Below are positions 27,801-38,685 of a stretch of DNA of 64,000 bases, one piece after another. The translations under genes were made by a program, and so were the position numbers. Under the pieces are notes generated by a model that saw nothing but the letters and a program-made list of their open reading frames with translations, did not search any database and was not told where the DNA came from. Within the stretch, counting starts at the first letter, position 1; each line of letters opens with the position of its first letter. The stretch comes from Chiloscyllium plagiosum (Eukaryota), in NCBI RefSeq assembly GCF_004010195.1, contig NC_057719.1, positions 41,578,910 through 41,642,909 of the forward strand, in the 5' to 3' direction.

Positions 27801-28136
27801 GAGTTTCCATCTTGCCCTTTTGGCCTTGTTCTCAATTTGGTTTTCCAGCAACTTTGGGAACAAGATATTAAACCCTAAATATGCACAGAGAAAGTCTAAT
27901 ATGACACACAATCTGATGTCTCAGTTCAGAAAAATCTGGACTTTTGTTTATTTATTAACGTAAAACACCATCTCGAACCTACCTTGAGCAACACCAAAAT
28001 CCTCTTGAAGACAGGGACATGTTTTCTAGATCTTAATAAAAAAACAGAATGAATCCTTTCTTTTATTTTTGCTTCTTTAATAGGCAATTAGACCATTTTG
28101 AAATAATGTTCCAGTGATGTTCATTGTCCCTTCACA

Positions 28137-29450
28137 TCTGTCTCAAAGATAAAAAGGTTTACTTTCATCTGATGTCACTAAGGTGAATAGATAGCATTTC
28201 CCTTCAATTTATTACTTATTTTAGGGCAGATTTGGAATACAATGTTAAGCAATAGTGAGCATGTGCGATGGTTAATTCATGACCAGGATTCCCCTGAAGC
28301 CATGGCCTACAAGACCAGGAAGGCTTCTGTCAAAGGGAACAACAGAGGTAATGAGGCTCAGATCAAACCAAGAAGGATGAAAGAGCAGAGCGTAGTCATT
28401 TTGGAAACTTATATCTTATATGGCTTGAGGCAGAGGCTCTCTTCATGTCTGAGTTTGAAAATGGATCCATTTGTGGCTGCCACACTCTTCAATACTGTTC
28501 TCATCCAACTATCACATAACTGGGTTTTCCAGCAGAAGAGTATGTGATAGAAATGTATCTGTGATGTTTTTTTTCTGGTAACATATAGGATCTCTGCTGA
28601 CAGATTCAAACTCTATGCTATGCAGCTAACCTTGACTATCTCCAGCAACCAAAGAACTATCAAAATAATTATCCAGTTTGACCTGATTCGTACTATTCCA
28701 AACAACAGGAAGAGGGAAGAAGTGAGAATGGAAACTCTATTTCGTGCTGATATATTGATATTATGTTGAAACTCCTGGGGGATTGCTTAGAAGTCTCATT
28801 AGTAAATGAAAATTCAGGTGTCACATCATAAGAGACCCCACTGGAATTTTAATTGGCTCCTGAGTGGATTTCATTCTGCAATTGATCTATCAGATAAAAT
28901 TGTCAGGAAGTTGGTGAGATGTGCTGAGGTAAGTAAATAAAACTTTCCTGTATCATCCAAGAGGAAAGTCTAAGACTTTTCTGAGTTAAGTTCCCTCATG
29001 TGCAACTGAAATCTAAAAATCTTGAAATACCCACCGTTAACTACTGGTGACCTTACTGGTAACTACTGGGCAGCATGTGATTGCCAGTGGGAATGACAAT
29101 TCAACGGATGAGCAAAATTCAAATTAGACCCAGTAGTTAAAATTTGCTTAGTATCTGCCTCAAGCCATATAAGACACAAGTCTTCAAAATGACTACGCTC
29201 TGCTCTTTCATCCTTCTTGGTTTGATCTGAGCCTCATTACCTCTGTTGTTCCCTTCGACAGAAGCCTTCCTGATCATATAGGCCATGGCTTCAGGGGAAC
29301 CCTGGTCATGAATTAATCATCGCACATGCCCACAACTTCTTAACATTGCATTCCAAATCTGCCCTAAAATAAGTAATAAATTGAAGGGAAATGCTATCTA
29401 TTCACCTTAGTAACATCAGATGAAAATAAACCTTTTTACCTTTGCACAGA
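28137..29450. repeat. Long inverted repeat: arms ~28137-28434 and 29154-29450, 719-bp spacer
   Basis: Hand alignment: 18 substitutions and no indels over ~290 bp (~94% identity). Confidence 0.95.
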
Positions 29451-31849
29451 TTGTGGCTGTGAATTTGGAAAAATTATATTTGCTCATGTAAGTAGTTTTG
29501 ATGTGAATCTCTGACCAGATTTAATTTAGTCAGATGATCAGCACCTTTATAAGTCTGAAGAAAATGCATTCAGCTTGGGTCATCCTGATCCAAGTTGAAA
29601 GCAACCTTTTGTTGTTGACATTATCAAGAGAAACTATCTGACTCAATCTTGTTTGTTGTTCTGTGTTTCAGCTTTCCTTTGAAATAGCACTTCACTCTGG
29701 CTCTTTTATGTATGCATCACGGACTAGAAAAGAAAGATCCAGCAAAATATCAGTATGTACTGGATATCGGATGTCAATAAATAATAAGATAGCGATACAA
29801 TGGTGGGGTTTATATGAGCAGTTTAAGGTTGTCAGCTGAACCTTGTGATTTAGTTGGTCCATGTCATGAGTTGACATTATTCACCATTACATAGATCATT
29901 CAATAGAAAGTAAAAATGTGTCCGTTTCATAAATAAAATTTAGCAAAACTTGTTTTTAGATATGAAGACGATGTATGACAGACACTCAGAACATAGGAAA
30001 AAAATCAATATATAATCTTAATACTGAACAGAAAGACCCTGGAATAATTGTTGTTAGAAAATATTTATTTTTAAAAAATGCTTACATTTCTGCATATAAC
30101 TAGATCAATCTAGAGCAGAAACAGCAATACCTTTATATTGCAAGTCACCAGAAAGACACCAAAGAACCAATGATTGCAGGGAACCATAGATTGACTGAAG
30201 TTATGAAATGGGATTAATCTTAATGTGCAATTCAATGCACGTTACTTGCTGTTCACTTTACCATTGCCAAAGGAATTGAAGCTGTTGCACATCTAGAAGT
30301 TTGTACATCTCCATCTACGACTTGTCCTGATTTTATGGCTTCATTCTCTGACAATAAATCATTTTCTAAGTATGTTGAAATATTAGGTTCAAGTTATTAT
30401 GATAGACAGCAGTGCATCTGTTGATTACTTTGTTTTAAGCCATATGCCACCTCGGTAATTGATGTGAAATTAATAGATGACAATACAAGAAACGTCCAGG
30501 GAAAAACTAATGTGATAAAGTTCAGAAATAAACTGTCCCCAAACAGTAACATATACAAACAAAGCTGAAACAAACAAACAGCTCACCTGTCTTCACAGAA
30601 AGTAACTGCATCCTTCATATTGATTAAGTATCTTGTTTTGCCTAAATGCCTGCATGATGTTCATCGATCAAAATAATACAAAAAATGACGAGGTGTGATA
30701 ATCCACAGTACTAAATTGTATCCATGTTGATGTAATAAGTGTTTATGTTAATATCAAAATCTTTTAATGAACTGCAACCCATAATATCTTTAAAGCGAGT
30801 AGGCCACAACATTGGGTGAAAGGTGAACTTGGTGAATATATACAGAATAATAATGTTTTTCTAAATTTAAGACCTGTTACACCTTTAGCTATTACTTGCA
30901 ATGTCCTCCCTTTGATGGTAACAGGAAATGAAATTACTTTTAAAATGCCCACGGTGTTTACTTTGATTAATGAGAGGTTCGCAGGAGATTGTGATGCATG
31001 TAAAAGCCTTACACACGTTAAACATAAATGCTTTTGAAACAAACATTATTGGGGCAATTTTTCCAGGTTAGGAGGCAGGGGCAGAAAGATGTACTGAGGT
31101 AAATTAGAAAAAAAAAGATGTCAGACAGGAAAGCTGACATGCACCCACCTCCTTCCACTTTTTCCAGAGGTATCTTCTGTGCACTGACAGCAGCACACCT
31201 GGTAAGTGGCAGGAATTTGATTGAGGTTGTTAATGAAGCAATTAGCAGGCATCTTCTGAGGGCAATGGAATATTATTGGCAGCAAGAGAGTCCTGCAGCG
31301 TCTGCAGTTTGTCAACTCTCAGGAGATGAGTGCACAGTGGGAGGCTGGAGTGCCAGGAAGATAATGTACGATCTGCATATTAAAGCTGCAAACCGGCAAG
31401 TCTGAGATCATCCACAGACAGGGGCTTGCAATTGCATGGCTATCTCCTGGAGACTGATGTCATGATTAGTGCTAATGGGGAAGAAGTGGCTGCTATACCC
31501 TCCAGCTGTTGTACATCCTGTTTCAACCCTGCTGCTCTCTTGCATTCAGCAACAGTCACAATGGATGTACAGTTAACATTGTCAGCCAATGGTGCAATCA
31601 CATGTACTGAATTGCACTCCTGTTTCCTCATACTGCCCACCATCCCTAACCAGAGATTATTCACAAAACCCTATACAAAAGGTCTAACTGGGAAAGTGAA
31701 TAGGCCATTCCGTTTCTCAAGCTTGCTCTGCCATTTAATAGGGTTAAGAATAATCTGATTGAAAGTTCAAATCTACATTGTTGCCCACTCCTGAGAACCT
31801 TTCAACTCCTTGTTTAACAAGAATACATCAACTGCTATCTTAAAAATAT

Positions 31850-33840
31850 ACAGGAAATCTAGGAATGACCTTTGCAAGGCCATCAGACATGCTAAGAGGC
31901 AATACCAAACTAAGCTTGAGACCCAGACTAACCACACAGACACCCGTCATTTGTGGCAAGGCTTACATGACATAACAAGCTGCGAAGCAAAGTTGAACAG
32001 AATGCGGGGCAACCCAATGAGCTCAGTGTATTATATACTCGCTTTGAACAGAAGATCAAAGAAATAATGTCACCTATCCCAACAGTCCATTGGTCATCGC
32101 CGCAGACGTTCGATTGGCCTCCTTGTGTGTGATCCCATGGAAAGCGACTAGCCCGGATGGAATCCCTGGCTGTCCATTGAGATCGTTTGTGGACCAGCTA
32201 GTGAGAGTAATCACAATTATCTGTAACCTCTCCTTACCACGATCTGAAGTCACCAACTGCTTCAAGAAGACCACCATCATCTCAGTGCCAAAGAAAAATC
32301 ATGCAGCATACCTCAAAGAGTACTGCCCAGTGGCTCTCAACGTTGTATTCATAAAGTGCTTCAAGAGGTTAGTCATGGCTCACGTCAACTCCAGCTGAAC
32401 AAATTGTCTTGATTCTTTGCAATTCTCCTACTTGCAACAAGTCCATGGCCATCTTCCTAGCCCTACATTCATCCCTGGAACATCTGGATAACAAGGATAA
32501 CTATATCAAGCTCCTACTTATTGACTAGAGTTCCACCTTCAACACCATAATTCCAATCAAGCTTATCCCTATACTCCAAGACCAAGGTCTTGGCTGCCTC
32601 CTCTGTAACTGGATCCTTGACTTCCTGATCGCAATCAGCAAGAGTAGGTGACAACACCTCTTCCATGATAATCCTCAACACTAGTGCCCCATTAAGGCTG
32701 CAGACTCAGCCCCCTACTATACTCCTTATACACTCATAACTATGTGGCCAAATTCTGCTCCAGCTCCATTTACACCACTGCTGACAACATCACTCTTGTA
32801 GATTGGATCTCAAATGACGATGAATACAGTGCTTCGTGGTACAACATAAAGACAACAATCTCTTTATCAATATCAGGAAAATGAAGGAGCTGGTTATTGA
32901 CTTCAACAGGCAGAGTAAAGGGTACGTCCCTGTCTGCATCAACAGTGCAGAGGTGGAAGCAGTCAAGAGCGTCAAGTTCCTGAGAGTGATGAGCACCAAC
33001 AATCTGGTCCACCATATCAAGAAACGTCAAGTGACAGTCAGGAAAGCATAATAATGTCTATATACTTCCTCAGGAGATTAAGAAAATTTGACATGTCTGC
33101 AAGGACTCTTGCAAAAAGTGTCCCCTGTAGTCCAGGAACTTCCCACCTACTTTCGGGACACCATCCACACCCTCCACCTCCTCCGTGACTTTCGTTTCCC
33201 CGGCCCCTAACGTTTTTGAAGCTCATTCCTCGTTAAGTGCTTGTGTGTGGGACGCCGATTCTCCTGCTCCTCGAATGCTGCCTGACTGGCTGTGCTTTTC
33301 CAGCACCACACTCTTCAACTCTGATCTCCAGCATCTGGACTCCTCACTTTCTCCCTGCAAGGGCTTTTTATAGATGCAACATAGAAAGCATCCCATCTGG
33401 TATAGCAACTGCTCTTCCAAAGACCACAAGAAACTATAAAGAGTCCTGAACACAGCCTGGTTCAACACACAAACCAATATTCCATCCATCTACACTTGCT
33501 GCTGCCTCAGGAAAACATCAAACATAATCAAAGACCCCCCCTCCCCCCACTCCAGTTACACTCTCTTCCACCCTCTTCTTTTGAGCAAAAGGTATAAAGG
33601 TTTGTGTACATGCTCGAATAGATTCAAGAACAACTTCTTCTAAGCTGCTTTCGGACTTTTGAATGGACCTTTCGAATGTTAATTCTGATTTTTCTCTCTC
33701 CACCTGTCATACTGTATTCTGCACTCTGTTCTGTTACCGTGATGCACTTTATATGATACAGTCTGCCTGTACAGCATGCAAAACATTACTTTTCACTGTA
33801 TCTTGGTACATGTGACAACAATAAATCAAACTCAAACTCA
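31850..33840 (+). mobile_element. Rex1/Babar-like LINE, 5'-truncated, frameshifted
   Basis: KAIRHAKRQY..LWQGLHDIT, KATSPDGIPG..FKKTTIISVPKK..YCPVAL..KCFKRLV; tail CAATAAATCAAACTCAAACTCAAA; possible TSD AAATAT. Confidence 0.8.
33112..33354 (+). mobile_element. Short rearranged PLE fragment inside the Rex1-like LINE
   Basis: Carries the PLE terminus (...CTCCTCACTTTCTCC) and an RT piece homologous to 35470-35560; imperfect TSD CTGCAAGGACT / CTGCAAGGGCT. Confidence 0.7.
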
Positions 33841-34520
33841 AATATTCAAGGATTCAGCTTCAATTAACAGGAGGTGAGTTCCCATAGACCCACTATCCTC
33901 TGATGGGGAAAAATATTGCCTCATCTCTGTTTTACATGGATCCCTTATTTATAAATAGTGACCCCCAGTTCTAGATTCTCTCATAAGAGAAACCATCGTC
34001 TCCACATCCAAAAACCTTCTGACCCCTCACAATCTTATATGTTTCAATCAAGTCATCTCTTACTCTTCTAAACTCCAACAGATACAACCCTGGCCTGTTC
34101 AACCTCTCCTCATAAGGTAACTCACCCAATTCAAGTATGAGTCTGGAAAGAATCTCTGAACTGTTTCCAATGCAATTACATCCTTCCTTAAATAAGATGA
34201 CCAGTACTATGCGTGACACTCCAGATGAGGGTGCACCAGTACTCTGTACAGCTGAAACATAATCTCCATAGTTTTGGAGTCAATTTCCTTGCAATAAATC
34301 ATAATATTCCATCAGCTTCCCTATTACTTGCTGTAACTACAAACAAAACTTTGGTGATACATGTATTAGGAAACCCAGATCTCTCTGTAAATCAGAGCTC
34401 TGCAATTTCTCAATATTTTAGATATTATCCTTCCTTTTTAGTCTTCCCATCAAAATGGACAATTTCACATTCTCCCACGTTATACTCCATCTACCATATC
34501 TTTGCCTACTTTCTAATTCT

Positions 34521-36320
34521 TCGAGGAGAAAGTGAGGACTGCAGATGCTGGAGATCAGAGCTGAAAATGTGTTACTGGAAAAGCGCAGCAGGTCAGGCAG
34601 CATCCAAGGAGCAGGAGAATCAATGTTTCGGGCATGAGCCCTTCTTCAGGAATGAGGAAAGTGTGTCCAGCAGGCTAAGATAAAAGGTAGGGAGGAGGGA
34701 TTTGGGGGAGGGGCGTTGGAAATGCGATAGGTGGAAGGAGGTCAAGGTGAGGGTGATAGGCCAGAGTGGGGGTGGGGGCGGAGAGGTCAGGAAGAAGATT
34801 GCAGGTTAGGAAGGTGGTGTTGAGTTTGAGGGATTTGACTGAGGGGAAATTGCGGTCTTTGAAGAAGGAGGCCATCTGAGTTGTACAGTATTGGAACTGA
34901 TCCTCCTGGGAGCAGATGCGGTGGAAATGAAGGAATTGGGAATATGGGATGGCGTTTTTACAGGGGGCAGGGTGGGAGGAAGTGTAGTCTAGGTAGCTGT
35001 GGGAGTCGGTCGGTTTATAGTAAATGTCCGTGTTAATCCGAGATAGAAATGGAAAGGTCTAGGAAGGGGAGGGAGGAGTCTGAGATGGTCCAGGTGAATA
35101 TGAGGTCGGGGTGGAAGGTGTTGGTAAAGTGGATGAACTGTTCAACCTCCTCGAGGGAGCACGAGGCAGCGGAGGAAAAGGTAGGGGGTGGTGCCAGTGT
35201 ACCTGCGGAAGATGGACTGTTCCACATATCCTACGAAGAGGCAGGCATAGCTGGAGCCCATGTGGGTGCCCATGGCTACTCCTTTGGTTTGGAGGAAGTG
35301 GGAGGATTGGAAAGAGAAGTTGTTCAGGGTGAGGACCAGTTCAGTCAGTCGAAGGAGGGTGTCAGTGGAAAGGTACTGGTTGGTACGGCGGGAAAGGAAG
35401 AAGCGGAGGGCTTTGAGTCCTTCGTGATGGGGATGGAGGTGTACAGGGACTGGATGTCCATGGTGAAGATAAGGCATTGGGGACCGGGAAAGTGAAAATC
35501 ATGGAGGAGGTGGAGGGCGTGGGTGGACCCAAACGTAGGTGGGGAGTTCTTGGACTAAGGGGGACAGGACCATGTTGAGGTATGCAGAGATGAGTTCGGT
35601 GGGGCAGGAGCAGACTGAGACAGTGGGTCGGCTGGGGCAGTCAGGTCCAATACCGTACAACCCAGATGGCCTCCTTCTTCAAAGACTGCAATTTCCCCCC
35701 AGACGTGATCGACGAGGCCCTCCACCGCATCTCCTCCACTTCCCGCTCCTCCGCCCTTGAGCCCCGCCCCTCCAACCGCCACCAGGTCAGAACCCCACTG
35801 GTCCTCACCTACCACCCCACCAANNNNNNNNNNNNNNNNNNNNNNNNNNNNNNNNNNNNNNNNNNNNNNNNNNNNNNNNNNNNNNNNNNNNNNNNNNNNN
35901 NNNNNNNNNNNNNNNNNNNNNNNNNNNNNNNNNNNNNNNNNNNNNNNNNNNNNNNNNNNNNNNNNNNNNNNNNACACCTCTGGGACACCCGGCCCAACCA
36001 ACCCAACCACCCCGTGGCTCAACACTTCAACTCCCCCTCCCACTCCACCAAGGACATGCAGGTCCTTGGACTCCTCCATCGCCAGACCATAGCAACATGA
36101 CGGTTGGAGGAAGAGCGCCTCATCTTCCGCCTCGGAACCCTCCAACCACAAGGGATGAACTCAGATTTCTCCAGTTTCCTCATTTCTCCATTTCCCCTCC
36201 CCCAAGTCTGCTGGACACACTTTCCTCATTCCTGAAGAAGGGCTCATGCCCGAAACATCGATTCTCCTGCTCCTTGGATGCTGCCTGACCTGCTGCACTT
36301 TTCCAGCAACACATTTTCAG
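34521..36320. mobile_element. Penelope-like element (probably Neptune-type), fold-back insertion
   Basis: 15-bp TSD CTACTTTCTAATTCT (34506-34520 / 36321-36335); minus-strand RT motif LQTKGVAMGTHMGSSYACLF; plus-strand HPVAQHFNSPSH; inversion junction ~35645; hammerhead-like cores at ~34617-34653 (-) and ~36227-36265 (+). Confidence 0.9.
35824..35973. other. Assembly gap (150 N)
   Basis: Run of N. Confidence 1.
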
Positions 36321-36671
36321 CTACTTTCTAATTCTATCTATATCTTTTTGCACCTCTTTATATCTTCTTCAAAACTTACTTTACTACTGATTGTTATGTC
36401 ATCCACGAATTTAACAACCATATCTTACATTATTTTATCTCATTCTTAACTTAATTGTACAGGTGAGACCCCAGTGCTGACCCCTGTGGCACAGCATGTG
36501 CAGCATCTTGCTAACCTGAAAATGACCCATTAATGTCTCTTCTCTGCTTCCTGTTAGTCAGCCAATCTTCTATCCATGCCAGTACATAATCCCCTCCCAT
36601 CATGAGCTTTTATATTTTGCATTTGTCTTTGATGTGTCACTTCATCAAATTCCAGAAATTGAAGTCTGGTA

Positions 36672-36982
36672 CTGGGGCGGCATGGTGGCTCAGTGGTTAG
36701 CACTGCTGCCTCACAGGGACCTGGGTTCGATTCCAGCCTCGGACGACTGTCTGTGTGGAGTTTGCACATTCTCTCTGTGTCTGTGTGGGTTTCCTCCGGG
36801 TGCTCCGGTTTCCTCCCACAGTCCAAAGATGTGCCAGCCAGGTGAATTGGCCATGCTAAATCACCCATAGTGTCAGGTGCATTAGTCAGAGGGAAATAGT
36901 CTGGGTGGGTTACTCTTCGGAGGGTCGGTGTGGACTTGTTCTGCCGAAGGGCCTGTTTCCACACTGTAGGGAATCTAATCTA
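36672..36982 (+). mobile_element. HE1-like SINE
   Basis: A box TGGCTCAGTGG, B box GGTTCGATTCC, tail ...GGAATCTAATCTAA. Confidence 0.92.
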
Positions 36983-38387
36983 AACCTCTGTTGGTGGTCC
37001 AGTTGTTGCAAGTAATGTGCTTCTGGCCCTACCATTAAGAAAGAAGAAAAATTAAGGTTGGAAAATTCAATCCATTGGGTCATCACGGATCTACCTGTGC
37101 ATGGGACAACTATATATGAATATATAAACCTTATTATTCTGTTTCGCAGGATAGACTTACTGTCTCACAAAACAGCTACCTCATGAGAAACACAGGCTCT
37201 ATCCACACCCAGGTCTGTAAATATTCAGTTCAGCTGCTTTACATAGTCACTTCTGAAGGATTTTTTTAATGGAGAGGTGAGCAGGTAAAAAAGGGCTGAA
37301 AGATCAATGAAAATTAAATCAGGTCCCTCAATGGTGTCATTAGAATACAGGGAGTGTGCATTAGCTTGACAGGAAATGTTCACAATGTCTAACATTGCCA
37401 TTCCAGATATATATCCTCAAAGAAAATTTAGACTCCGTCATTCAGTGAAACTGTCTGGGTTTAGTACAACCTTTCGAGCAAGCAGCATTCTCGCCTGTCA
37501 ATGGCTGCCGAGTATATCTTAATGATGATCTTAAATGAAACATAGTTTGTTAATTCTCAGAAGCATTGTACAGTCATACTCAATAGCAAATGGAGCAAAT
37601 GCAGAATCAATCTAATAATTCTAATATTTAACAATTCATTGAGTTGTACATCAGTGTCAAAAATGATAATGCCATTATGATTGTACTGTATGGTTTTCAG
37701 CATTACAGTACATTCTAAAAAAGTAGATTTTGCACATAGGTGTGAACTTAGTAAAGATTAGTTTTACAATATACAATTAAAAATGGGAACTGAGAACAGA
37801 CATCCATGTTACAATTTTTGCTCATGATAACCTTACTATTAGGAAATATTGAAGTAAATGTTTGTAAATAGTATTATGCATAAGTAAGAGATGCCTTTGT
37901 TTTTGTTGGAACAGGAAAGCCAAACTTCAATATTTCTTTGTTTCTCCATGTGCTAAAACTGGACAGAACCAATCTGCTCTATTGGCTGTGTAAGTACTTC
38001 AAGATTTTTTTATGATTAAAGTACATTTTTGAAATGAAAAAGTGCAATGTTTATTAAGGCTGATGGTATATTTTAAGACAAGTTCATTAAGAAAATTAAT
38101 AATTTGCCTGCAATATCTCTCATTAAAAACAGAAGTTTCAATTTTCTAAATCTTAACAGATCAGAGGTTTGGCCTAAAAATCAACAAGTGACCTATGATC
38201 TCTGGCATGCCTCATATTCCAGCAGACAACCAGGAATTGAAACAGTAAAATTGTGCCACTAGCGTGACAGCCTCCTTTATAACTCTATGACCTGGTTCAG
38301 TAATTGAAATTAGGACTGTAGTGAATCCTTTGCCTTTGCAAATAGCTCTGCCCATAGCTTGAACACTGTGGGCAGCACAGTGGCACT

Positions 38388-38685
38388 GGGCAGCACGGTG
38401 GCACAGTGGATAGCACTGCTGCCTCACAGCACGAGAGACCCGGGTTCAATTCCCGCCTCAGGCAACTGTCTGTGTGAAGTTTGCACATTCTCCCCATGTC
38501 TGCGTGAGTTTCCACTGGGTGCTCCGGTTTCCTCCCACAGTCCAGAAATGTGCCATGCCAAATTGCCCGTAGTGTTAGGTGAAGGGGTAAATGTCGCAGA
38601 ATGGGTCTGGGTGGGTTGCTCTTCGGAAGGTTGGAATGGATTTGTTGGGCCGAAAGGCCTGTTTCTACACTGTAAGTAATCTAAT
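38388..38685 (+). mobile_element. HE1-like SINE, preceded by an 18-bp duplication of its head (38370-38387)
   Basis: GGGCAGCACAGTGGCACT GGGCAGCACGGTGGCACA; A and B boxes; tail. Confidence 0.9.

Larger units (their letters stand above)
31685..36670 (-). mobile_element. Old CR1 split by Rex1-like and PLE insertions (31685-31849, 33846-34520, 36336-36670)
   Basis: Minus ORF 33971..34219 (LPYEERLNRPGLYLLEFRRVRDDLIETYKI); sequence resumes across the inserts. Confidence 0.75.

Noticed and set aside
27100..27911. Long ORFs of 187-266 aa
   Set aside because: Artefacts of reading through the 500-N gap; the same applies to ORFs across 35824-35973.
28242..28547. 101-aa ORF in the left hairpin arm as a protein-coding gene
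   Set aside because: No recognisable domain; arm-to-arm differences are almost all non-synonymous and include a stop.
30587..30642. Possible minus-strand exon ending CAG|GTGAGC
   Set aside because: Poor pyrimidine tract and unrecognisable peptide; needs RNA-seq.
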